Assembly: GCA_030704615.1 (NCBI GenBank)
Contig: CM060732.1
Span: 30,008,001-30,072,000 of the forward strand
DNA length: 64,000 nucleotides
Source of the DNA: Takakia lepidozioides
Taxonomy: Eukaryota; Plantae; Bryophyta
Direction of reading: 5' to 3'
The notes beneath the pieces are model-generated. The model was not told the DNA's origin. It was given only the letters and a program-made list of their open reading frames with translations, and made no database searches. Shown here piece by piece: positions 27,267 through 37,700 of the stretch. Each line of letters begins with the position of its first letter. Within the stretch, counting starts at the first letter, position 1. The position numbers and the translations under genes were made by a program.

Positions 27267-29724
27267 AAAGATGCAGAGTCTAACCAAGGAAATTCCTGCT
27301 GTGCAAGTCATGCCCAAATCTGTGACAGAGGTTCAAGGGGTCGAGTGCAAGGGCACTGATGCACTTGTGGAGGATCAGGTTGCTCAGGGAGAAGATCTTG
27401 TAGGATCATGGCCTGATTGGTTTGTGAAACATCAAACTGTGGATGATCAGGGAGAATAGCAGCAAGTTCTTCATGAAGACCCACAACAGGCCATGCTTAT
27501 GAGTTCCATAAGCATGACACTAAATTTGTTGGGCACTTATGTGAAATCCATGTTCCTTCTATACAATTGGCAGGATTGAGGGAGGAGCTCAAGCAAGTGT
27601 TTGAGGCATTGAGTGTGCAAATAAGGTGGATGTGGAGGCCAACCATAAGTTGCAGAGTTGGAGGACGCTCGGTCTGCCCTACAGCTTGCAAAGGGAAACC
27701 TGATTGAAGCAGGTCTGGAGGAGGAGAAGTTGCATGAAGTGCACAAGCAGCAGTTATACCAATTGCAAGTGAAGCATGAGGGCAAACTGCAGGAAGTGAA
27801 GTTGCTTCATACAGAGTTGGAGGCAGTTCATCAGAGAATGACCATCTAATGTGCCTCACTAACAACTACTCTGGAGCAAACTGCATTAGAAGTTAACAAA
27901 CAAGCAGAGAGATGTATGATGGTGGAGGTTGAGTCAGTCGAGCAGGGAAAACTCATTATTGACTTGAAGGCTACTATCCGTCGCAATGATGATACCTTTC
28001 AACTGTAAATTCGGATGAGGCTGAGAAGGACAGGTACATCCTAGAGTTGCAGCAAACACTCACATCACGAAAGAATGAGCTTTCTGTGACTACCAAGGCT
28101 TGGAATAAAGCCAATAATCTTACTGATGCCTATGCAGCCTTGGTTGAACCTCATGCGAAGCGTATGGAGGCTTTATAGCAGCAGTTGGACATGTACAGAC
28201 TCAAGGAGGAGCAGACTCTTCGGGGTGCTACACAGGACTTGGTGGATAATCATCTTATGCAAGTGTGGTTAACACAAGGGCCGGTAGAAGGGAAGGCACC
28301 AAGGAAGCTCACCCAGGAGGAGATGAATGATCTCAAGCTGCAGGTGTAGAACATTGCCACAACCACTATAGACAATGTCTATAGTAGAATAGCTGAGTTG
28401 CAGGATGATGTGGAAGGGCTGTAGACTCAAGTGGATGACTTGAGCTCCAGCATTGACAAAAGAACCTTTGTTCCTGAGGAACAGCTGGTGGCTACTTATT
28501 TGCATGCGAGGACTCTGATTTTCCAATCTTCATCACAAGAGGTGCAGGACTTGCCAACCATAGGAGGGACAGTGGCGGCCATATCACAACAGCCACAGCC
28601 GGTCGACACTGTTGATACCATGGCACTGCAGAAATCTGAGGTTTGGGGGGATGCATCTTTTAACCCACCTAGGACTCCTGCTGCAATTGAGTACAATCGG
28701 GCTATGATTATGCACTTCAACCAAATTCCTATTGTGATGGATTTGGCTTGGAAGGAATTCAGTCCTCCAGAGTCTTTGGCACACTATTACCAGATCATGT
28801 GCATTTGGTTGCCGGTGGCAACTCGGACTAAGGTTCTTCCGAATAACCTCCCCATTGAAGATCACCATTTTGCGAGGTACTGGTCTGAGGCAGGCACCAT
28901 GCTGAGGGAATTAATTGCCTTCCAGATTGTTCATGGGTACATCTATACCAAGACCATATAGATATTCATGGGTACCTAGTTTGGTCATGGGCTGTGGATT
29001 ATACTATGCTGCTTGTTTTATTGCACGTTATCACATTGAGCAGCAGAAGATGCAGTCCAGATTTCAAAGTTATTCCATTGGGGATCATTGGATCTTACCT
29101 TCAGTTCCACCCCATACGTATTTGTATGATGTGAAGGTCATGTTGCAGAAGGATCCCCAGCTTCGTTCTTGGTTCCATTTTGCTTTGGACAGTTTGGCCA
29201 AGGAAAATTTTAGCTTTGATGATATTTTTTATAAGGGACATGAAGCCTGGAAATACTTACACTATTCTAAGGTCATTGGCACACCTCTCACCTATACGGA
29301 CAAGGAGCTTCGGGAGTATACTAATTTTGCTCGCAAGAGATTGATGCAAGTTCTAAAGTTTAAGCTTCCAAACATGGTGGGCAAACACTGTGTGCCACGC
29401 AGGATTCCCGAGAAGCCCCATAATATCAGCGCACCAAAAGGCAACAGGGGGGATGATGATTCGGATACAACTGCTTCTATGGAGGAATCTTTTGACATGG
29501 CGGAGGACTATGCACTACAGATGGCAGAGAAGAAACGACGGGGATCTCCTATGCCTGAGAAGTTACCTCCTTATCAACCAAAGGAGGGACAGACATTTCC
29601 ATTTGGTGACCAGTCATCTCCACTAGCCAGTGACAGGGCTTGGGCTCGCACACAGAGCCCTCCACGGGACTCTCACCGACAGAAGGGTGCTCGTTCACAA
29701 AGGTTTGCTGATCCTAAACAGTAA
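27267..29724 (+). pseudogene. Family-X retrotransposon 3' extra ORF, copy 2 (several stops and frameshifts)
   Basis: Paralogous to copy 1 (VWGDA.F.PP.TPAA, LAHYYQIM.IWLPVATRTKVLPNN, MAEDYA.QMAEKKRRGSPMPE). Confidence 0.8.
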
Positions 29725-29744
29725 ACCGTGAGGACACGGTTTTT

Positions 29745-29758
29745 GAGAGGGGGAGGGG
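29745..29758 (+). promoter_or_regulatory. Polypurine tract
   Basis: GAGAGGGGGAGGGG before TAA-TGTTAG. Confidence 0.85.
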
Positions 29759-29761
29759 TAA

Positions 29762-29932
29762 TGTTAGAAGGCTGTCTGGGACTTAGACAGTTTTACGGGT
29801 CCTGTGGGGTACCCTTAATTTTTGCACAGACTTATGGATGGTCGACTTAGACCAACACAGGCCTTAGGGGTGGTAGACAGGCTTACAGAGTCAGTCATAG
29901 ACTTACACAGTTAGACATAGCTTGACACAGCA
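29762..29932 (+). mobile_element. Truncated 3' LTR of family X
   Basis: TGTTAGAAGGCTGTCTGGGACTTAGAC, homologous to the other two LTR copies. Confidence 0.8.
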
Positions 29933-29934
29933 CT

Positions 29935-30660
29935 GTCCATCTTCTGAGACTGCTCGTGCGGCATCGATGAAGACCACGCTCAATACAGCTAAAACGTGGA
30001 GAAAATTTATCTGCCTTTTGCTATTGCAACGAAATTTTCTCTCAGATGTGATTGTACCATCTAACCAGAAGTCTATTCTCATCTCGGGACCCCAGCGTCA
30101 GTGTTTCCTCCTGCCTGTCTCTTCTAAGTTTGAGAGTATGTTGAGCAGTCGGTGCTCATCCAAAGCTCTTCCTGGGCAGCGCTACTGTAGGAGTGGGCAA
30201 CAGTGAGCAGTTCTCTGCTTGTGCAGCGTGACCCAGCGTCCCGTATGCTCCGTCCAAACTGCAGAGTAGCAAACCAATTGTCAAAAGAATCTTTTAATTT
30301 CTTCCCGTGTCCATACGCATTCTTGGCCTGCTGTATGATACTTGTCTTTCAACTTTCAGTCCTCTCTTCGTTCAGCTCAGCTTCAGCCTATCATGCTGAA
30401 CAACATCAAGCCTCCAGTTTCCTGTTGGGACGACTGTACGTCCTCACCGCATTCGACTACGTGCCTCCAACCCATCTCCTTTAATAAGTATCACTGACGC
30501 ATCCCGAGGCATCGCAGCCAGATAAAGCAAGCTCGCAATGTAAAAGACGTCATTGAATATCCCTGGTCGAGACGTGCTTTCAGATAAATTATCACCCGGG
30601 CTGTCAAGTCTGCTTTTGGAGGTCTGGCTTACATCATATGATGACCTGCTCTGATCCATG
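29935..30660 (-). pseudogene. Possible LINE ORF2 3' remnant
   Basis: Broken HxLxxETGR....PR.E.R-like motif near 30070-30150 on the minus strand; weak. Confidence 0.25.
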
Positions 30661-30714
30661 AGCTACAGCCCTCACATGAGAAGCAACACACTTTCTTTAC
30701 ATACTTCCTTTCAT

Positions 30715-31775
30715 TCACCAGTAATCCCCACAAGAACAAACCCCATCTTGGAAATGATGAAAACGGTTGGCATCCCTTACGACAATTGCTCGCCCAATAA
30801 TCTTTGAGATGAACTTGGTGACAGTGTGACAGTCACCACAAACTCTAAGGTTCTGGATGACACGGATAGGTGTCCCAGGGTGCTAATAAGCCCAAAAGCA
30901 ATGGCCAGCTTCTCACTGTGGTAGCAAAGAGAAATTCCTTTCGCTCCTCCTCTAGATCATGTAGAACAAAGCGAGTGTCAGGCACATACCCGGCATCCTT
31001 CATCTGCTCAGACAATCGCTTCAGCTCAAAATGGATTTCCTCAATTTGTGGATGAAATGTGTCATTTACTATGAATCTATGCACTCGGTTGCCCACCTCA
31101 ATGCAGCTACGCCCCGGTTCCTTTCTGACACCTCTGTCTCCCATCAATTTTCTCACTTTTGCTTTATCGTCCCACCTGCCAGCTGCAGCATAGATGTTCG
31201 ATAGCAACACATAAGCTGCAGCGTGCTGTGGATCTCTCTGGAGAAGATTGTTAGCTGCACGTTCCGCTACCTCTACATCACCATGGATTCTGCAGGCACC
31301 AAGCAAGGCTGCCCACACTGGAGGACCTGGAGTGATTGGCATTTTGGTAATGAAGATCTCAGCCTCATCCAATTGCCCTGCGCGGCCAAGAAGATCAACC
31401 ATGCAGCCAAATGTTCTACAGTAGGAGGGAGGCCATAAGCTGGACTCATGGAATCAAAGTAGTGGCAGCCTTCCTCCACTAGGCCTGCATGGCTACATGC
31501 CCACAGAAGAGATATAAAGGTAATATTGTCCGGCTTCAAGCCTACTTCTTGCATTTCTTCAAATAGTTGCAGGGCTTCGCTACCATACCCAGAATGACCA
31601 TATGCTGCAATCATGGAATTCCATGAGACCACATCTCGTTCAGCTATATTGTCAAACACATGACGTGCATACCTTACATATTAATAATAAGGGTATTCTC
31701 CAAATTAATGTATGGCGGTATTCCTGCCTTCATGATATCAGCATGGACCTCTTTGCCTTTTTCCAGGGCTCCCAA
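30715..31775 (-). pseudogene. Truncated, frameshifted PLS-PPR-E-DYW gene
   Basis: LGALEKGKEVH, RDVVSWNSMI, MVDLLGRAG, YVLLSNIY, KEPGRS, GYVPDT, HSEKLA (shifted frame), CSCGDYW-stop at 30715. Confidence 0.92.
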
Positions 31776-32700
31776 GCTGATGATTTCATCAATCTCAGAT
31801 GTCAACTCATGGAAAATCTTGCTTTCCTCACTGCCTTCACTTTCATTGTTGACTGCCTTCCCTTTGTCTTTTGGTCTGGTTTCTGGTTGTCAAGGTTACA
31901 CATCTTTCTTCTTCCAAAAGTTGTAGTGCACATTCTAAGCACTCAATGGTTTGCTTATTCCCTTACAGACTGTCCCCCATTTTTGGGTATGCTACTAATG
32001 GGATGACTAAAATATTTAACAAAATGTTTGAAATTTTGTTGAAATTTTGGGAGGATATTGGAGGTTGATTGTGCGAGATGGGCTGGCTCTGCCTTGCAAC
32101 AGCCTGTAAATCCATACTTAACTCTTGCTTTTTGGTGTTGTTTTTTGCCTGCCAGCCACCCTCCCTGGGGTGGGCTGGCCTTCAATGGGCTTCGTTTATC
32201 TGGACTCGGTTTTCGTGGCAAATCGGAGAGACTTTGAGGTGTGCGTATAGGGCTCATTTTGGATGGAGGTGTTACTTGGTGGAGGGGGTGGTCTTTTCGT
32301 GTAGGGGTCTTACTTGGAGGTCTGGCTTCATGAGGTCGTCTCTCTTTTGATATTAGATATTGACCACAGCCACAGCAGTTTACATAATGTACGAGAACAA
32401 TTGCAAGGGAGAGGAGCGACATGGAGCTGGCCACTCCAGATGTAATAAACCGTTTCATTTCTTGCTTTCTGAGCCCCTCCCCCTAGCTTGCAGACTTTCA
32501 TTCTTCCACTCTGTCTTTCCACGGACATTATATCTCCAGACTGCAAACGTAAGCTGGGTTAGCATCTGTGTACGTCTGGACATGTTCGTTGTCCTCATCG
32601 TGTAGAGCCCAATGGAGCCCAACGTGACTTGCATGAATGTTGTTGAAAGCTCACTAGCACCCCTCAGTAAAGGACCTTGTCAAAATGGTGATGCTGTCGG

Positions 32701-32796
32701 ATTTTCGAGCACAAACGTCTACCTTGGAGCACGGAGCAGAGCTGGCATGAGTTTTTTAAAGATCCTTCACGATGGTGGGACAACCGGAATCGCAAG
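32701..32796 (+). CDS. Putative exon: first half of PDF motif 0 of the PPR-DYW gene (5' boundary unresolved)
   Basis: Translates ...EQSWHEFFKDPSRWWDNRNRK, followed by a GT donor at 32797. The upstream frame has stops. Confidence 0.65.
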
Positions 32797-32986
32797 GTGT
32801 GGCTTTTTCTTAATGTACGATGTGAAGAAGTTTGTCCATCCTGCAAATGTGGGCTCTTGGCTCCTGTTAGTACCATGATTTGGTATTCTTCCTGCTGTTT
32901 ACAAGGTTCTTGGGAGAGTCAGCTTGGTCTTAGCAGGCCGTGTTTCAATCTCTGCCTGCTCAGCTGGACCGTGGTGGTTCTCACAG

Positions 32987-33099
32987 ACCAATCCGACAGT
33001 ACCTGACTACAGACACAAGCAGCACACACAAGAGGTCCTTTTGGGTTGATGGTCGGTTAAATCCTCCATGGGTCATGACACAAGGTCCAGGACAATGTG
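32987..33099 (+). CDS. Putative exon: second half of PDF motif 0 (frameshift near 33020)
   Basis: CAG acceptor, TNPTVPDYRHK / KRSFWVDGRLNPPWV, then a phase-1 G|GTGAGT donor. Confidence 0.6.
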
Positions 33100-33105
33100 G
33101 TGAGT

Positions 33106-34790
33106 GCACCTTCTTCTTCTACCTATTTCAGGCTGTTTTGCCCTCTCATCAGACTCGGCCCTGAGATGCATATTGAATTCTGTAAGTTAGCTCGTTGGGT
33201 GGATCTGTGGTGGTTTGGAGTGACTTTGACAAGTTACTGCCGATGTGGTAGCAGGAAAGTATCCAAAAACAGATACCAGAGATGAGGAGAAGCGTTGGAA
33301 TGAACACTTTTCCGACCCCAGTCAATGGTGGGACAATGGAGACAAAAAGGTGAATGCCTGTTGGACTACAGAGAGAACCAGATGCAATTCAGAATTGGAA
33401 CTACTGTAATAAGTAGGGTTGGGGTGTTTGCTGGAAGAACTTCACGTCGTCAGTGTCAGCTGCTAGCAGCAAGGCTGAGGATGTATTTATGATTTGTACA
33501 CAGGCAGGGCTAGCTGAAGGACCAGGGACAGAGGTCCAGATTCATCCAAGAGGGCCGGATTTCAAACACAAGATTACTTCTGATTCCCTGTGGATTAGTA
33601 GCTACAAGAAATCTGCGCGCGAAGATGGTCAACTGGAAACAGCAGTGGCAGCAGCACAATTGATAGAACAAGGCACTGCTAATGAAGGCACCTTCTTCAA
33701 CACATTTCGCCTCTTTTTCCCTCTTATCAGGGTCGTCCCTAAATTTTCATGTTGAATTCTGCAAGTTAGCTACTTGGTGGATCTATGGTGGTTTTGGAGT
33801 GATTTTGACATGTTACTACCAATGTGGCAACAGGAAAGTATCGAAAAGCAGATAACAGAGACCAGGAGAAGCTCTGGAACGAATACATTTCCGACCCCAG
33901 TCAATGGTGGAACAATCGAGGCAAAAAGGTGAATGCCTGTTGGAAGCAGACGCAAGTCAGCATAGGAACTAGTGTGATAAGTAGGGCTGGGGTGTTTGCT
34001 GGAACAATTCTAGGCTGTCATCGTCAGCTGCTAGCAGCCAGGCAAGGATGTATGCATGATTTGTGGCATGGATAGGTGAAGGAGCAGGGATAGAGTGTGG
34101 GTCCAGATTCATCCAAGAGGGCTGGATTTCAAGCTCCAGATTACCTATGATTCCCTGTGGAAGGATAGCTACAAGAGACAATTGATAAATTCAGGCACCG
34201 CTAATCAAGGCACCTTCTTCAACACATTTCACCCTGTTTTTCCCTCTTATCAGAATCAGCCCTAAATTTTCATGTTGAATTCTGCAAGTTAGCTGGTTGA
34301 GTGAATCTTTGATAGTTTGGAGTGACTTTGATATGATACTGCCAATGTGACAACAGGAAAGTATCCAGAAACAGGTAACAGAGACGAGGAGAAGCTGTGG
34401 AAAGAATACTTTTCTGACCCCAGTCAATGGTGGGACAATCGGGACAAGAAGGTGAATGCCTGTTGGAATACAGAGAGTAGCAGAGGCAATTGAGAATAGG
34501 AACTAGTGTGATAAGCGGAGTTGGGTGTTTCCTAGAACAAATCTAGGCTGTCATTGTCAGCTGCTAGCAGCAAGGCAAGGATGAATGCATGATTTGTGCA
34601 GAGGCATGGACAGCTGAAGGAGCAGGGATAGAGTGTGGGTGCAGGTTCATCCAAGAGGGCCAGATTTCAAGCACAAGATTACCTATGCTTCCCTGCGGAT
34701 CAATAGCTACAAGAAACCCGCATGGGTAGATGGTCAACTAAAGGCAGCAGCTGCAGCGGCACAGTTGATAAAATCAGGCACCTCAATCAT
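33106..34790 (+). repeat. Tandem triplication (~520-580 bp units) of an intron-exon-intron-exon PDF module
   Basis: Units start GCACCTTCTTC at ~33106, ~33688 and ~34210. Each has a 95-nt exon (33255-33349, 33834-33928, 34357-34451) and an HPRG(P/L)DFK exon (from 33540, 34107, 34645). Confidence 0.9.
34357..34451 (+). CDS. Exon encoding the first half of the best-conserved PDF motif, spliced in frame to the PPR exon
   Basis: CAG|GA AAG TAT...GKYPETGNRDEEKLWKEYFSDPSQWWDNRDKK|GTGAAT; phase-0 join to VHPRGPDFKHK at 34645. Confidence 0.75.
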
Positions 34791-37700
34791 GACCACAACT
34801 TCTGAAAGAGGATCAAGAGAGGGAGTCCACAATGCCTCTTCTGGCACTTCTGGGGATGTGAAGATGCTTTGTGAGGCAGGCAGACTGACAGAGGCTCTAC
34901 AGACTTTAAACCAAGGAGGCACTTCAGCAGATTCAGATACGTATGTCTGTCTCTTGCGTAAGTGCATCAAGATGAAGGGTCTGGAAGCTGGAAAGCAGGT
35001 GCACACTCACATTATCCAAAGTGGATTCACGCCAGATGTTTTTCTACTCAACACCCTTGTCAACATGTATGTTAAGTGCGGGAGCATCATGGACGCTCAC
35101 CAAGTGTTCAACAGAATGCCTCAACGATCTTTGATCACGTGGAATATAATGTTGGCAGGATTTACCAAGCATGGGTGTGGTGGGAATGCTTTGGAGACCT
35201 ATGAGCAAATGCTGCGCGAAGGGGTGAAGCCCAACCACATCACATTTGTTTGTGTTTGCAATGCGTGTGCAAGCCTGGGAGCTCTGGAAAAGGGGAAAGA
35301 GGTCCATGGTGACATCGTCAAAGCTGGAATTGTACCAGATGTCATTCTGAACACTGCCCTGGTGGACATGTATGCCAAATGTGGGTGCATTAAGGATGCG
35401 AAGGGAGTTTTCAACACTATAGCTGAACGAGATGTGGTGTCATGGAACGCGATGCTTGCAGGGTTTGCACAGCAGGGACATGGTATGGAGGCTTTGGAGA
35501 CCTATGATCAAATGATGGGGGAAGGGGTGAAGCCCAACCACATAACGTTTGTTTGCATTTGCAATGCGTGTGCAGGCCTGGCATCCCTGGAAAAGGGCAA
35601 AGAGGTCCATGGTGACATCGTCAAATCTGGAATTGTACCCAATGTCATTCTGAACACTGCCCTGGTGAATATGTATGCCAAATGTGGGAGCATCGAGGAT
35701 GCAAAGGGAGTGTTCAACAATATGGCTGAACGAGATGTGGTGTCGTGGAGTGCGATGATTGCAGGATATGCACAGCAGGGGCGCGGGGTGGAGGCTTTGG
35801 AGACCTATGAGCAAATGATGCAGGAAGGGGTGAAGCCTGACCCCATCACGTGTGTTTCCGTTTGCAATGCGTGTGCAAGCCTGGTAGCTCTGGAAAAGGG
35901 CAAAGAGGTCCATGGCGATATTGTCAGAGCTGGAATTGTACCGAATGTCATTCTGAACAATACCCTCGTGGACATGTATGCAAAATGTGGGTGCATTGAG
36001 GATGCAAAGGGAGTGTTCGACAGTATGGCCGAACGAGATGTGGCGTCGTGGAGTGCGATGATCGCAGGATATGCACAGCAAGGGCACGGGATGGAGGCTT
36101 TGGAGACCTATGAGCAAATGATGTGCGAAGGGGTGAAGCCCAACCACGTAACGTTTGTTTGCATTTGCAATGCGTGTGCAAGCCTGTCAACCCTGGAAAA
36201 GGGCAAAGAGGTCCATGGTGACATCGTCAAATCTGGAATTGTACCCGATGTCATTCTGAACACTGCCCTGGTGCATATGTATGCCAAATGTGGGAGCATC
36301 GAGGATGCGAAGGGAGTGTTCAACAATATGGCTGAACGAGATTTGGTGTCATGGAACGCCATGCTTGCAGGATATGCACAGCAGGGGCACGGGATGGAGG
36401 CTTTGGAGACCTATGAGCAAATGATGGGGGAAGGGGTGAAGTGTAACCACATCACGTTTGTGTGCGTTTGCAATGCTTGTGCAAGCCTGGCAGCCCTGGA
36501 AAAAGGCAAAGAGGTCCATGGTGACATTGTCAGAGCTGGAATTGTACCGAATGTCATTCTGAACAATACCCTCGTGGACATGTATGCAAAATGTGGGTGC
36601 ATTGAGGATGCAAAGGGAGTGTTCGACAGTATGGCTGAACGAGATGTGGCGTCGTGGAGTGCGATGATCGCAGGATATGCACAGCAAGGGCACGGGATGG
36701 AGGCTTTGGAGACCTATGAGCAAATGATGTGCGAAGGGGTGAAGCCCAACCACATAACGTTTGTTTGCGTTTGCAATGCGTGTGCAAGCCTGGCAACCCT
36801 GGAAAAGGGCAAAGAGGTCCATGGTGACATCGTCAAATCTGGAATTGTACCCGATGTCATTCTGAACACTGCCCTGGTGCATATGTATGCCAAATGTGGG
36901 AGCATCGAGGAAGCGAAGGGAGTGTTCAACAATATGGCTGAACGAGATTTGGTGTCATGGAACGCCATGCTTGCAGGATATGCACAGCAGGGGCACGGGA
37001 TGGAGGCTTTGGAGACCTATGAGCAAATGATGGGGGAAGGGGTGAAGTGTAACCACATCACGTTTGTGTGCGTTTGCAATGCTTGTGCAAGCCTGGCAGC
37101 CCTGGAAAAAGGCAAAGAGGTCCATGGTGACATTGTCAGAGCTGGAATTGTACCGAATGTCATTCTGAACAATACCCTCGTGGACATGTATGCAAAATGT
37201 GGGTGCATTGAGGATGCAAAGGGAGTGTTCGACAGTATGGCTGAACGAGATGTGGCGTCGTGGAGTGCGATGATTGCAGGATATGCACAGCAAGGGCACG
37301 GGATGGAGGCTTTGGAGACCTATGAGCAAATGATGTGTGAAGGGGTGAAGCCCAACCACATAACGTTTGTTTGTATTTGCAATGCGTGTGCAATCCTGGC
37401 AACCCTGGAAAAGGGCAAAGAGGTCCATGTTGACATCGTCAAATCTGGAATTGTACCCGATGTCATTCTGAACACTGCCCTGGTGCATATGTATGCCAAA
37501 TGTGGGAGCATCGAGGATGCGAAGGGAGTGTTCAACAATATGGCTGAACGAGATTTGGTGTCATGGAACGCCATGCTTGCAGGATATGTACAGCAGGGGC
37601 ACGGGATGGACGCTTTGGAGACCTATGAGCAAATGATGGGGGAAGGGGTGAAGTGTAACCACATCACGTTTGTGTGCGTTTGCAATGCTTGTGCAAGCCT

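Noticed and set aside
34633-34644. GTG start of the 1382-aa ORF
   Set aside because: Lies in the intron just before the CAG acceptor at 34642-34644
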